A DNA stretch of 63,865 nucleotides, filler included. It is 6 parts of 6 records of this genome, joined end to end, with 100 filler letters (N's around TTAATTAATTAA, not from the genome) between each part and the next. Parts side by side here need not be neighbours in the genome. Positions count along the whole stretch, not along the records: positions 1 to 15,113 come from SRR31156797_43839; positions 15,214 to 27,427 come from SRR31156797_43850; 4 more parts are not named here. One strand, 5' to 3'. Under the pieces are notes generated by a model. It saw only the letters and a list, made by a program, of their open reading frames with translations, made no database searches and was not told the DNA's origin. Position numbers and translations under genes: made by a program. Of this stretch, positions 8,391-18,545 are shown in pieces; within the stretch, counting starts at the first letter, position 1, and every line of letters begins with the position of its first letter.

Positions 8391-9236
8391 ATGATCCATC
8401 TTAAAAGGCTTGTTACTCTTTTGCTCATCCCACTGTTCCTGTGGGGTGTTGCCGGAACCGCAGGGGCATCAATCTCGGAAGGGGATTTTGCTTATGTCTG
8501 GTATGAATACACGGTTTCCGGTGAAGATGATCAGTCGGGTTTCTTCCTTGACGAACACGTTGGGAAGGACTTGCATGATTTCGGAACGGTGGAGGTGAAC
8601 AGCCGGCTCTCTTTCTTTGCGCCGGAGTCCAACTACGCCAGGGCTGAGCTGGTTCATAAAGATGTGGACTATGCAAAAGGCGCAGGCGTTCAGATCGATG
8701 TGGATCCTTGGGCCCATCCGGAATCCTTTTCTGGTGGAACGGGATGGGCGGACGCCTATGCTGAAATATATTTTTCAAAAGAGTTTGAGATAACAGCATC
8801 AGGGTATGCGGCCCTGGGCTTCTCCCTGGACGGGTGGCTCGAAGCCTCGGGGGCAGCCGAAGCGAATTGGTCTTATGTCGCTGCCGACAATTTCGACAGC
8901 TTTTTTGAAGATAGGGATTCCATAACGAATGCATCCATGGATGTGGATATCCAAGAGCTGTTTACCTATTCCTTTTCGGAAGATGATATCGGCGAGATCC
9001 TGTCGGTGGGATTTTTGCTCCAGATATATGCGGGCTTTACCGGCGAGGATGGCGGCATGACCGGCCGGGCGATGGCGGACTTCATGGACACCATGTCGAT
9101 CGATTTCATATCCGGGGGACTTGCCAATGCAGGGGGGGATGAAGTGCCGGTTCACCCCACGCCTGTTCCGGCGGCTGCCTGGCTTTTGCTCTCCGGCCTG
9201 TTAAGCCTGATCGGCTTAAGAAATAAGATCGGTTAG
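8391..9236 (+). CDS. Secreted acidic protein with VPLPA/PEP-CTERM sorting signal
   Basis: AAGGAG RBS, signal peptide ...GTAGA, C-terminal PTPVPAAAWLLLSGLLSLIGLRNK. Confidence 0.88.
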   Translation: MIHLKRLVTLLLIPLFLWGVAGTAGASISEGDFAYVWYEYTVSGEDDQSGFFLDEHVGKDLHDFGTVEVNSRLSFFAPESNYARAELVHKDVDYAKGAGVQIDVDPWAHPESFSGGTGWADAYAEIYFSKEFEITASGYAALGFSLDGWLEASGAAEANWSYVAADNFDSFFEDRDSITNASMDVDIQELFTYSFSEDDIGEILSVGFLLQIYAGFTGEDGGMTGRAMADFMDTMSIDFISGGLANAGGDEVPVHPTPVPAAAWLLLSGLLSLIGLRNKIG

Positions 9237-9262
9237 CTCACCTGACCACCTTTGCTTTCATC

Positions 9263-9296
9263 AAGGCGGGGGCCATGGCGCCCGCCTTTCCTGTTT
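9263..9296 (+). terminator. Rho-independent terminator
   Basis: AAGGCGGG...CCCGCCTT stem followed by T-rich tail, between convergent genes. Confidence 0.7.
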
Positions 9297-9306
9297 TCCG
9301 GCGGCG

Positions 9307-9699
9307 CTATTCCCTTCCCCGGGGATATTTCAATTCTATCACCAACACGATTTTCCGTTTTCCGTTTCCCGGTTCAAAGCGGAGGGAGAACAGAACGCTC
9401 ACCTTTATCGCCCGGAGCCGGGGATATGGCTCTCGTTCCCCCATACCGGCGGAGAGGATGCGCCATCCCCTCCGCTTCAACCCGGCTCGGTAAAAGTCAA
9501 CCACCTCTTCCGGGCTGGCGCCCATAGCAAAGACAGTCTTTACAGAATCCCTGGTATACCGGGTCTCAAGCGGTTCCGCCCCCTGAAAAACCGGCACCGA
9601 TTTACCGAACTCCCGGGGGAGGGTATGGTTGCACCAGGCCAGGCCGGCAAAGAGGAGCATACCGATAATGGGAATCATGATGGGGATTCGGCGAATCAT
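9307..9699 (-). CDS. Hypothetical exported protein
   Basis: AGGAGG RBS, N-terminal signal-like MIRRIPIMIPIIGMLLFAGLAW, EVVDFYRAGLKRRGW. Confidence 0.65.
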   Translation of the reverse strand: MIRRIPIMIPIIGMLLFAGLAWCNHTLPREFGKSVPVFQGAEPLETRYTRDSVKTVFAMGASPEEVVDFYRAGLKRRGWRILSAGMGEREPYPRLRAIKVSVLFSLRFEPGNGKRKIVLVIELKYPRGRE

Positions 9700-9975
9700 T
9701 CTTCCCCTCCTTTTTCCAAAGGGGGTGTATCCCGAAACGGATGGCATAATCTTTTCCCCGTCCCCCCTGTCTTACGAGGAAAAGATCACGCTCCAATCCT
9801 GTTGAGGGGCAATCGTCCCCACGGATCACTCAATTCCGCTGAAAATCGCGTTCCCGAGCTGCTTGAACGAGTTTCTGGAATGGCCCCGGAAGGTGGGATC
9901 AATCCCTATACCAATTCAGAGAGATGACGTGGAATTGCAATATGAAGCAGGGGTTTCCCCTTGAATCGCTCTTTT

Positions 9976-10104
9976 TTTGTTTGCCGTATGGGATCAAATA
10001 TGCTTTATATTGTCAACTCAAAATTCAAACAAGGTTGACAATACGAAACGGAAACAGGTGCATGGGAAATCGAGAAACATTACTGAACCTATTGAAATCC
10101 AACC
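9976..10104 (+). repeat. Direct repeat copy 2 (operator + birA start)
   Basis: See copy 1 at 7981-8108. Confidence 0.92.
10008..10043. promoter_or_regulatory. BirA operator upstream of birA-bioA
   Basis: TATTGTCAAC-N16-GTTGACAATA. Confidence 0.9.
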
Positions 10105-11054
10105 AGAACCGCTGGGTCTCCGGAGAGGTGCTGCGCCAGCACCTGGGGATCAGCCGGAATGCCGTGTCCAAGCACATCCGCACCCTCAGGGCCACCGGAT
10201 ATGAGATCCGGTCCGCCCCCCGGAAGGGATATCTCCTCCATGGCATAAAGGATCGCATCATCCCGGAAGAGATCCGGGACGGCCTTGCCACCACGGTGTT
10301 TGGCAAGCAGGAAATCCGCTGCTTCACGGAGACCGATTCCACCAGCCGGCAGGCCCGGGCCCTTGCCGATGACGGTGCCGGGGAGGGCGCCCTCATCCTT
10401 GCGGAAAGCCAGACCCATGGCCGGGGCAGAAAGGGCCGCGCCTGGTTCACCCCAAAGGGAGAGGGGATCTTCATGTCCATGATCCTGAGGCCCCCCATCG
10501 CCCCCATGGACGCCTCCCGGCTCACCCTGGTCACGGCCGTGGCCCTGGCCGAAGCCCTGATCGATACCACCGGGCTTGCGATCCGGATCAAATGGCCCAA
10601 CGATATTTTGTGCAAAGGGAAAAAGCTGGCCGGGATTCTCACGGAACTCAGCACGGAGATGGACGCGGTGAACCATGTGATCATCGGCCTGGGGCTCAAC
10701 GTCAACACCCCCCGGGAGGCGTTCCCGGAGGAACTCAGGGCTAAAGCCTCCTCCCTCCTTGCGGAATCGGGCAGGGTCCACTCCCGCTGCCTTCTCACCA
10801 AACGTTTTCTGGAACGGTTCGAGGGCCATTACACCACCCTGACCAATGACGGTTTTCCCGATCTCCTTGACCGGTGGAAGGCCCTCTCCGACACCCTGGG
10901 CCAACGGGTGTGCGTGGAGATGATCGGCAAACGCCTCACCGGCACCATCCGGGACCTGGATCCCAACGGTTTCCTGGTCCTCGAGGACGAAGCCGGCGTG
11001 CATCACCGCATCCTGTCCGGGGATCTCATACCATTGACAGGGAAAGACGCATGA
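10062..11054 (+). CDS. birA: Bifunctional biotin operon repressor/biotin-protein ligase
   Basis: N-terminal wHTH ([21 protein letters not shown]), [23 protein letters not shown]. Confidence 0.96.
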   Translation: MGNRETLLNLLKSNQNRWVSGEVLRQHLGISRNAVSKHIRTLRATGYEIRSAPRKGYLLHGIKDRIIPEEIRDGLATTVFGKQEIRCFTETDSTSRQARALADDGAGEGALILAESQTHGRGRKGRAWFTPKGEGIFMSMILRPPIAPMDASRLTLVTAVALAEALIDTTGLAIRIKWPNDILCKGKKLAGILTELSTEMDAVNHVIIGLGLNVNTPREAFPEELRAKASSLLAESGRVHSRCLLTKRFLERFEGHYTTLTNDGFPDLLDRWKALSDTLGQRVCVEMIGKRLTGTIRDLDPNGFLVLEDEAGVHHRILSGDLIPLTGKDA

Positions 11055-11095
11055 ACGAAAACGCGATCGTAAAATGGGCAGGCAAAAAGAAATGA
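11051..11095 (+). other. 14-codon mini-ORF coupled to birA and bioA
   Basis: ATG overlaps the birA TGA; its TGA overlaps the bio[18 protein letters not shown]. Confidence 0.4.
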
Positions 11096-12375
11096 ACCAA
11101 TGCGAAATATTGAAAACCGACCGGGAACTTCTCTGGCACCCCTACACCTCCATGGTCGATCCCCTGCCGGTCTACCCGGTGGTGGGGGCATCCGGTGTCC
11201 GGCTCGAGCTTGAAGACGGCAGATGCCTCATCGACGGCATGTCTTCCTGGTGGGCGGCCATCCACGGGTACAACCATCCGGTCCTGAACCAGGCGGCCCA
11301 CCAACAGATCAACGCCTTCTCCCACGTCATGTTCGGGGGCATCACCCACAGGCCCGCGGCCGAGCTGGGCAAGCTCCTGGTGGAGATCACCCCCGGGGGC
11401 CTTGAGCAGGTGTTCCTGGCCGACTCCGGCTCCGTCGCCGTGGAGGTGGCCATCAAGATGGCGATCCAATACTGGTTTGCCTTAGGCCGTCCCGAAAAGA
11501 ACCGGCTTTTGACCATCCGCCGGGGCTACCACGGGGACACCACCGGGGCCATGTCCGTGTGCGACCCGGTCACGGGCATGCACGGCATCTTCACCGGCAT
11601 CCTGCCAAAGCAATTGTTTGCCGACGCCCCGGCCATCCCCTTTGGCGAAAAGTTCCGGGAAGCGGATATCCAGAGCATGAAAACCCTCCTGGAAGCCCGC
11701 CACCCGGAGATCGCCGCCGTGATCCTGGAACCCATTGTCCAGGGGGCCGGCGGCATGCGGTTCTACACCCCGGGATACCTGAAACGGGTGAGGGAACTCT
11801 GCGACCAATACGAGGTGCTCCTGATCTGTGACGAGATCGCCACGGGATTCGGCCGCACCGGCAAGCTGTTCGCCTGCGACCATGCCGGGATCCGCCCGGA
11901 CATCCTCTGCCTGGGCAAGGCGCTCACCGGCGGGTACATGACCCTGGCCGCCACCCTCACCACCCGGCGGATCAGCCACGCCATCTCGGAAGAAGGAAGA
12001 TCCGTGTTCATGCACGGCCCCACCTTCATGGGCAATCCCCTGGCCTGCGCCGTTGCCCTGGCCAGCATCCGCCTGCTCCTTACGAGCCCCTGGCAGGCAA
12101 CCGTGGCCCGGATCGAAACCCAAATGAAAAAGGAGCTTGCCCCCTGCCGGGACCTTCCCCAGGTGCAGGCGGTGCGGGTGCTGGGCGCCATCGGCGTGGT
12201 GGAAATGAAAAAACCGGTCAACATGGGAGAGATCCAGAAGCGCTTTGTCGAAAAAGGGGTGTGGGTGAGACCCTTTGGCAGGCTGATCTACATCATGCCG
12301 CCCTACATCATCTCCCCCGGCGACCTGAGTATACTCACCCGGGCCCTGGTTGAAGTGGTCAGCCGGGAACACTGA
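11092..12375 (+). CDS. bioA: Adenosylmethionine-8-amino-7-oxononanoate aminotransferase
   Basis: [45 protein letters not shown]. Confidence 0.97.
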   Translation: MNQCEILKTDRELLWHPYTSMVDPLPVYPVVGASGVRLELEDGRCLIDGMSSWWAAIHGYNHPVLNQAAHQQINAFSHVMFGGITHRPAAELGKLLVEITPGGLEQVFLADSGSVAVEVAIKMAIQYWFALGRPEKNRLLTIRRGYHGDTTGAMSVCDPVTGMHGIFTGILPKQLFADAPAIPFGEKFREADIQSMKTLLEARHPEIAAVILEPIVQGAGGMRFYTPGYLKRVRELCDQYEVLLICDEIATGFGRTGKLFACDHAGIRPDILCLGKALTGGYMTLAATLTTRRISHAISEEGRSVFMHGPTFMGNPLACAVALASIRLLLTSPWQATVARIETQMKKELAPCRDLPQVQAVRVLGAIGVVEMKKPVNMGEIQKRFVEKGVWVRPFGRLIYIMPPYIISPGDLSILTRALVEVVSREH

Positions 12376-12400
12376 ATTTAACCTTATGTCAGGAGAAGAG

Positions 12401-12967
12401 ATGGAACGCTGCAACTGGTCAACCAATGACCCTGAATATATTGAATACCATGATACCGAATGGGGGGTGCCGGTCCATGACGATGGGAAGCTTTTTGAAT
12501 TCCTCATCCTTGAAGGCGCCCAGGCAGGTCTTTCCTGGATTACGATCCTGAAAAGAAGGGAAGGGTATAAAAAGGCGTTTGCCAATTTTGACCCGGAAAA
12601 AGTGGCCCGGTTCACCCCGGAGCAAATTGAAATGAGTCTCAAGGACCCGGGCATTATCCGGAACAAGCTGAAAGTCAATTCAGCCGTGACCAATGCCCGG
12701 GCGTTTTTAAAGATCCAGGAGGAATTCGGCTCTTTTGATCACTATGCCTGGAGATTTGTAAACGGACGCCAGAAAGTAAACGCGTTTACCCGTATGGATC
12801 AGATTCCCGCCACCTCCAGGGAGTCGGAGGCCTTTTCAAAGGACCTGAAACAACGGGGATTCAAATTCGTCGGTTCCACCATCATCTATGCCTATATGCA
12901 GGCCACCGGCATGGTCAACGACCACCTGGTCTCCTGCTTCAGATACCATGAAGTGATGGAGGCCTGA
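12401..12967 (+). CDS. tag: DNA-3-methyladenine glycosylase I
   Basis: RCNW...YHDTEWG, LEGAQAGLSW, IIRNKLK, NDHLVSC. Confidence 0.96.
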   Translation: MERCNWSTNDPEYIEYHDTEWGVPVHDDGKLFEFLILEGAQAGLSWITILKRREGYKKAFANFDPEKVARFTPEQIEMSLKDPGIIRNKLKVNSAVTNARAFLKIQEEFGSFDHYAWRFVNGRQKVNAFTRMDQIPATSRESEAFSKDLKQRGFKFVGSTIIYAYMQATGMVNDHLVSCFRYHEVMEA

Positions 12968-12979
12968 TATCTCAAACCG

Positions 12980-13684
12980 CTAGCCCATGAAGGGCGCCAC
13001 GATAAAATAGATCCCCAACAGGATAATTGTGGAACCGGCCAGTTTCCGAAACCACTGGCCGGCCCCGTTCCATGCGCTGTTTTCAAGCAGTTTTTTGACA
13101 ACAGCCGTTGAACTGCCGGCAATGGCAATGGGCAGACAATGGCCGAGCCCGAACACGATGATCAGGATCACGCCGGTCATGACCTTTTCCTGGATGGTGA
13201 TGATCGCCAGGATCGGCGCAATGAACCCAAAGGTGCATGAGCCGGACAACACCCCGTAAGCAAGCCCCAGCACAAGGGCGCCGGTCAGTCCCCTCAACTG
13301 GAACCGGCCCAAAAGGCTTCCGGACATGGCACATTTTTCCACCCCGAGCATGCCCAGGGCCACCCAGATGAGAATGATGCCGATGAGAACCTGCCAATAC
13401 TCACCCACATCCCCCAGCATCCTGCCAAGCAGGGCACAGATAATACCGATCAGGGCAATGGTCAAAAATAATCCCAGGGTAAAAAGCGCGGAATAGATCC
13501 CGGCCTGCCTGGGGTGAATCATTTTTTCCTGGCCGCCCACATACCCGACAATCAGCGGAATGGAAGCCAGGTGACAGGGGCTGAAGAGCACACTGATCAT
13601 CCCCCATACAAAACATCCAAAGGCGGCCAATGCGATCTCGCCGGTCATCCATTGGTTCACAATGATAAAAAGTTGATCAAACAT
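12980..13684 (-). CDS. ccdA: Cytochrome c biogenesis CcdA/DsbD-like membrane protein
   Basis: FSPCHLASIP and SGSCT cysteine motifs, ~6 TMs. Confidence 0.85.
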   Translation of the reverse strand: MFDQLFIIVNQWMTGEIALAAFGCFVWGMISVLFSPCHLASIPLIVGYVGGQEKMIHPRQAGIYSALFTLGLFLTIALIGIICALLGRMLGDVGEYWQVLIGIILIWVALGMLGVEKCAMSGSLLGRFQLRGLTGALVLGLAYGVLSGSCTFGFIAPILAIITIQEKVMTGVILIIVFGLGHCLPIAIAGSSTAVVKKLLENSAWNGAGQWFRKLAGSTIILLGIYFIVAPFMG

Positions 13685-13724
13685 TCGCTTTTTCCTTACG
13701 GTTCAAATTTTTCAATCTTTCCAT

Positions 13725-14249
13725 TCATAGGTCCAGATTGAACCCGCCCATATAATCCGCCAGCTGCCGGCGCTCGGGATCACTTATCTGGGGACAATCT
13801 TCCGGGCCTTTGGCGCCTTCGGCCACCTTGGAGGCAAAAACCAGGCAGGTGGGGTCATTGCACTCCCTGCAATTGGTTTTTGGCAAAAATTTCAGGATTT
13901 CAACGATTCCCGGTCTCGGCATCCCGGTGAAACAGGGTTCGATTTCATCCTTTTGCTCCCAGGCCGCATTGATTTCGTTTTTCATCCATTCAACGATTTT
14001 TTCGGCCTCTTCCGCTGTTTTAAGGGCATTGACGGCAATTTTATCGCCATGAACGGTGATCAGTTTTCCCTGGGACTTGAAGATCACAGCCGGTGGATCC
14101 GACAGGTATTCAAACCCGCCCAGCACCGAGTTAAGATAGGGCAAGGCCTCGCTCACATCCTGGTCCAGGTGGGCAAAGCAATGGACCCCCTGTGCATCCG
14201 CCTGGCATTTTGACCTGAAGATTTCCAGTCGATAGGATTTTAAAAGCAT
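13725..14249 (-). CDS. Fe-S cluster domain protein
   Basis: C-terminal LPKTNCRECNDPTCLVFA...CP 4Fe-4S motif. Confidence 0.8.
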   Translation of the reverse strand: MLLKSYRLEIFRSKCQADAQGVHCFAHLDQDVSEALPYLNSVLGGFEYLSDPPAVIFKSQGKLITVHGDKIAVNALKTAEEAEKIVEWMKNEINAAWEQKDEIEPCFTGMPRPGIVEILKFLPKTNCRECNDPTCLVFASKVAEGAKGPEDCPQISDPERRQLADYMGGFNLDL

Positions 14250-14298
14250 TTTTACTCTCCTTTACCATCTGTATTCAGCAGGGGCTTCCACCCGACGA

Positions 14299-14688
14299 TC
14301 ACCCTTTATTGGTGAGATCCGGCTGGGCCACGCCCATTTTTGTCATCTGTTCAATGATGCTTTTCTCATCCAGGAACCCCACATGGCGAAACACCTCTTC
14401 ACCTTTTTCGTTAAAAAAGATCTGGGTGGGAATCGCCCGGACTTTGAACCGCGGTGCCTGGGACCGGTTCTCCCAGACATCGATAAAAACGATGTGGGCC
14501 TTTCCCTGGTATGCTTTTTCAAGTTTTGCCAATATGGGTGCCATCATTTTACAGGGAATACATTTTTTCGCCCCCAAATCAATCATGGTCACCGCCCCCT
14601 TGGTCGGGACATTTGAAAAATCCGCGGCATGGGCACCCGTTGCGAAAAGGAGAACAAGAACAGAGAGGGATATCAAAATTTTATGCAT
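14299..14688 (-). CDS. Exported thioredoxin-family protein
   Basis: Signal peptide, CIPC, AIPT cis-Pro motif. Confidence 0.9.
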   Translation of the reverse strand: MHKILISLSVLVLLFATGAHAADFSNVPTKGAVTMIDLGAKKCIPCKMMAPILAKLEKAYQGKAHIVFIDVWENRSQAPRFKVRAIPTQIFFNEKGEEVFRHVGFLDEKSIIEQMTKMGVAQPDLTNKG

Positions 14689-14815
14689 GGTTATTCCTTT
14701 GACTCAAATTTACAATTTTTAAGGTAGTAAAAGCATCACTGTTTCCCACATTGGACCCACCGGAACAGGTAAGTATCATGACATTTTGGAAATCACAGCA
14801 GCAATCGTCGGACAT
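14681..14815 (-). pseudogene. Truncated DGC-domain zinc-binding protein
   Basis: AAGGAGG RBS; MSDDCCCDFQNVMILTCSGGSNVG matches the DGC N-terminus, then loses similarity and stops after 44 aa. Confidence 0.6.
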
Positions 14816-14932
14816 GGTCTCTCCTCCTTTTAAAAAGTGACAAATTGAACTTGGTTGTTTTTAATTCCAAGATGCGTCGCCATCAACACTATATGGTCAT
14901 ATGTCGATGTTTGAAAGCAAAATTTTTTAAGA

Positions 14933-15112
14933 CTATTCCTTTCCAACAATATTATGACGGTCGATCCCCGGAAGTATCCGGTTCAGCTCCCGGATCTCAG
15001 ACGCATCAGCCAGCCAGTGCTTCAGGTTGCCGATCATGCTGGCCGAATACGGGGACCCACTCCCATCGGCAAGGGCATAATTCACCCACAATCCATCCTT
15101 GAAACTTCTCAC
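14933..15112 (-). CDS. ArsR/SmtB-family regulator (C-terminal part, contig edge)
   Basis: Manual translation VRSFKDGLWVNYALADGSGSPYSASMIGNLKHWL...*; wHTH wing motif; context. Confidence 0.75.
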   Translation of the reverse strand: MRSFKDGLWVNYALADGSGSPYSASMIGNLKHWLADASEIRELNRILPGIDRHNIVGKE

Positions 15113-15113
15113 A

Positions 15114-15213
15114 NNNNNNNNNNNNNNNNNNNNNNNNNNNNNNNNNNNNNNNNNNNNTTAATTAATTAANNNNNNNNNNNNNNNNNNNNNNNNNNNNNNN
15201 NNNNNNNNNNNNN
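15114..15213. other. Contig-join spacer
   Basis: N44-TTAATTAATTAA-N44 (stops in all six frames). Confidence 0.98.
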
Positions 15214-17865
15214 AAGAACAACCTCAATCAGTGTATAGATGCAGTAGGGGCGCTTATTGAAGATGCAGAGATGCTGGCAGAAGCAGCCACAAATGGGCAC
15301 TTTGACACCCGTGCCGATGGTACCAGGCATAACGGTGACTTCCGTAAGGTTGTAGATGGTGTGAACAGCACTCTTGATACTGTTGTGAACAAAGTATACT
15401 GGTATAATTCTATTCTTGACGGCATTCCTTTCCCGATATCAGTAACAGATAACGATCGAAACTGGACTTTCATTAACAAAAACGCCGAGGAAGTTACAGG
15501 TATGAAACGTGAGGATATCCTTGGTAACCAGTGTAGTCAATGGGGAGCCAGCATATGCGGTACTGAAAAATGTGGTGTGTGCAGACTAGAAGATGGAGAT
15601 TCAATTACGTTCTTCGAACAACCCAGGACAAGTGGAGAGAATAGCCACCTTCAAGCAGATACTTCGTATATATATAATTCTGAAGGTGAACAGATCGGCC
15701 ATATCGAGGTATTTCAGGATGTCTCAGCCTCAAAGGTAAATGCAATTTACACTGCAAAAGAGATTGAGCGCCTGGTGGAAAATCTGGAAAATATTGCATC
15801 CGGTAATCTGAATATTGACTCTAACATAACCGCTGCAAATGAGCACACTGCTGTTCAGCATGAGAATTTCACAAACATATATGCATCACTTGATGATATG
15901 GCAGCAGCAGTTTCCAATCTGATAATTGATGCTGATATGCTTGCAACAGCAGCAATCGAAGGTCGTCTTGAGACACGTGCCGATGCTTCAAAACACGAAG
16001 GTGATTTCCGTAAGGTTATCGAAGGTGTGAACTCTACACTTGATGCAGTCATCAATCCTCTCAATGTAGCCGCAGACTATGTCGAGCAGATTGCAAGAGG
16101 AGAGATACCTGAAAAGATCACTGAAGAATACAATGGTGATTTCAATATTCTCAAGAACAACATCAATCACTGTATTGATGGTCTCGGTGGTCTTGTAGAA
16201 GCAAATGAAGTTCTGCAACTAATGGTTGATAATGATCATACCAAGCAGGTAGAGGGCGATTATCAGGGTATCTATGCTGAAGTTGCATCTGCAACCAATG
16301 GCATTCGTGAAAGGATCCTTACTGTCATGGGTGTGAACAAAAAGATTGCAGTTGGTGACCTGAGTGACCTTGAAGGACTTAAAAAAGTTGGAAAACGCTC
16401 TGAGAACGACGAGCTTATCCCATGTTATATCTCAATGATGAGCAATATTGAAGGCATCGTCGATGAGTTCATAAAGCTTGGTAATGCAGCAGATGCCGGA
16501 GATCTGGCATACAGAGCCGATGAATCTCAGTTTGAAGGAAGTTTCAGTGATGCGATCAGCACTGTGAATATGGCATTTGATGCACTGGCAGCACCTATCA
16601 ATGAATCTATGCGTATAGTCAATGAATACGGAGCAGGTCGGCTTAGTGCAAGGTTTGAGTTAGAGGCAAACGGTGATTTCAAGGACTTTGCTGATGCCCT
16701 TAATATCTTTGGAGATAAACTGCAGGGACTGATAGAAGAGTCAAGTGCAGTTCTTGAGGCAATTTCAAGTAATGATCTGTCAAAGCCACTGACCCTAGTT
16801 GCTGAGGGTGATATCAGAAAGCTAACTGATGGAATAGAGAACGCCAGAAGATCATTGAATGATGTTGTATCAATGGTACATGGCACTTCAAGGAACGTTG
16901 CGTCAACAGCTGAAGAGATGTCAGCTTCCGTTGAAGAGATGACATCTTCATCATACCAGGTTGCAGATACGGTGTCAGAGATTTCAAGAGGTGCACAGAG
17001 TCAGGCATCAAAGACTGAAGAAGTCTCTCGTGCAATGGTTGATATGACCATGACAGTGCAGGAAGTTGCCACAAACTCACAAAAAGCGGCAGAGAATGCA
17101 AAGGAGTCAAATGAACTTATTAACAACCTTGGCGAAAACGCACACTCTCTCCTTCTGAAGATGGATTCGATCAAAGAAGCTACTGGTGAATCATCAAATG
17201 TTATAATGGAGCTTGACGGCAAATCCAAACAGATTGGTGAAATTGTCAATCTGATCACGAGTATTGCCGATCAGACTAACCTTCTTGCACTTAATGCAGC
17301 AATTGAGGCAGCGCGTGCAGGTGAACATGGTCGTGGATTCGCAGTGGTTGCTGATGAAGTAAGAAAGCTTGCTGAGGATTCAGGTAGTGCAGCTAAAGAG
17401 ATATCCAGTCTAATTGGTGAGATCCAGGAAGGAACACATAATGCAGTTACATCAATGCAACAGGGTTCAGAAGAAGTTGAGTCTGGAGCAACTGCACTTC
17501 ATGAAGCTGTCTCCATCATTGAGAATGTAGTAGAATCAGGAAACACAATAGCAAACATGGTTCAGGATATTGCAGCTGCTGCTCAGGAACAGTCTGCTTC
17601 CATTGAAGAAGTTACTTCCTCAATTGAAGAGGTCAGTGCTATCTCCGAGGAATCCGCAGCAGGAACCGAAGAAGCATCTGCAGCAGTGCAGGAACAGAGT
17701 GCTACTATGCAGGAACTCTCAAGATCAGCAGAGGATCTTTCAGGTCTTGCAGGTGAGATGAAACTTGTAGTTGACAAGTTCATCCTGGATTCAATGTCAG
17801 CATCTGATGATTCAAATGATGTCAATACGAATGATGCTGAAATGAAAGAACACGCTTTAGTTTAA
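15214..17865 (+). CDS. Methyl-accepting chemotaxis protein with PAS and tandem HAMP domains (5' truncated)
   Basis: Open from contig edge; PAS (PFPISVTD...FIN), repeated HxGDFRKVxxGVNxTLD HAMPs, [35 protein letters not shown]. Confidence 0.95.
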   Translation, partial: KNNLNQCIDAVGALIEDAEMLAEAATNGHFDTRADGTRHNGDFRKVVDGVNSTLDTVVNKVYWYNSILDGIPFPISVTDNDRNWTFINKNAEEVTGMKREDILGNQCSQWGASICGTEKCGVCRLEDGDSITFFEQPRTSGENSHLQADTSYIYNSEGEQIGHIEVFQDVSASKVNAIYTAKEIERLVENLENIASGNLNIDSNITAANEHTAVQHENFTNIYASLDDMAAAVSNLIIDADMLATAAIEGRLETRADASKHEGDFRKVIEGVNSTLDAVINPLNVAADYVEQIARGEIPEKITEEYNGDFNILKNNINHCIDGLGGLVEANEVLQLMVDNDHTKQVEGDYQGIYAEVASATNGIRERILTVMGVNKKIAVGDLSDLEGLKKVGKRSENDELIPCYISMMSNIEGIVDEFIKLGNAADAGDLAYRADESQFEGSFSDAISTVNMAFDALAAPINESMRIVNEYGAGRLSARFELEANGDFKDFADALNIFGDKLQGLIEESSAVLEAISSNDLSKPLTLVAEGDIRKLTDGIENARRSLNDVVSMVHGTSRNVASTAEEMSASVEEMTSSSYQVADTVSEISRGAQSQASKTEEVSRAMVDMTMTVQEVATNSQKAAENAKESNELINNLGENAHSLLLKMDSIKEATGESSNVIMELDGKSKQIGEIVNLITSIADQTNLLALNAAIEAARAGEHGRGFAVVADEVRKLAEDSGSAAKEISSLIGEIQEGTHNAVTSMQQGSEEVESGATALHEAVSIIENVVESGNTIANMVQDIAAAAQEQSASIEEVTSSIEEVSAISEESAAGTEEASAAVQEQSATMQELSRSAEDLSGLAGEMKLVVDKFILDSMSASDDSNDVNTNDAEMKEHALV

Positions 17866-17879
17866 AGAGATGATGCATT

Positions 17880-18374
17880 ATGGATGATGTTTCGGTAGCA
17901 GCAGGATCAGGTCCTGCAGACGAACTATTACAGATGGTCGTCTTCCAGCTAGGAGGCGAGGAGTTCGGTGTAGAGATCATGAAAGTGCAGGAGATCATAA
18001 GGATGCCTGAGATTACTCAGATCCCCCAATCTCCTGATTATGTTGAAGGTGTGATCAATCTCAGGGGCAGGATAATCGTTGTTATTAATCTGGATAAGCG
18101 CTTTAATCTTGTCTCTAAGGAAATAGACGATGATTCACGCATAATAGTCGTTGAAATAGGCAACAATGTTGTGGGCATGATCGTTGATTCTGTAAATGAA
18201 GTCCTGAGAATTCAAAAATCAAGTGTGGATCCTGCACCTGAACTTGTCATGTCTAATGTAAGCAGAGAATATATCACAGGAGTAGGCAAAATGGATGACC
18301 GCCTCCTGATACTTCTTGACCTTGGAAAAGTACTTGACAAGAAAGAAGTAGAAGAGATCTCATCCCTTGCCTGA
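17880..18374 (+). CDS. cheW: Chemotaxis coupling protein CheW
   Basis: VVFQLGGEEFGV, GVINLRGRII, GMIVDSV. Confidence 0.95.
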   Translation: MDDVSVAAGSGPADELLQMVVFQLGGEEFGVEIMKVQEIIRMPEITQIPQSPDYVEGVINLRGRIIVVINLDKRFNLVSKEIDDDSRIIVVEIGNNVVGMIVDSVNEVLRIQKSSVDPAPELVMSNVSREYITGVGKMDDRLLILLDLGKVLDKKEVEEISSLA

Positions 18375-18385
18375 TATCCAGGCAA

Positions 18386-18447
18386 TTCTTTTTTTATTTT
18401 TTTGCTTATTTTTATTTTTAGCTTTGTTTTCTGTTTTTTTGATTTTG
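18386..18447 (+). terminator. Archaeal oligo-T terminator region
   Basis: Multiple T-runs immediately after cheW. Confidence 0.55.
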
Positions 18448-18545
18448 TTCATGCTACCCTTATATGTGGCGTTGAGCTCCATTCACTTTGAACATGATAT
18501 ATATATTTATGAACATATAGTTACTATTATGTAGGAGAGATAAAA

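Noticed and set aside
9924-10061. N-terminal extension of BirA
   Set aside because: Overlaps the operator; the wHTH begins after Met at 10062.
11482-12693. 403-aa minus-strand ORF
   Set aside because: Antisense to bioA/tag.
15158-15169. TTAATTAATTAA repeated five times in the window as a biological repeat
   Set aside because: Always centred in N-runs; it is an artificial six-frame-stop contig linker.
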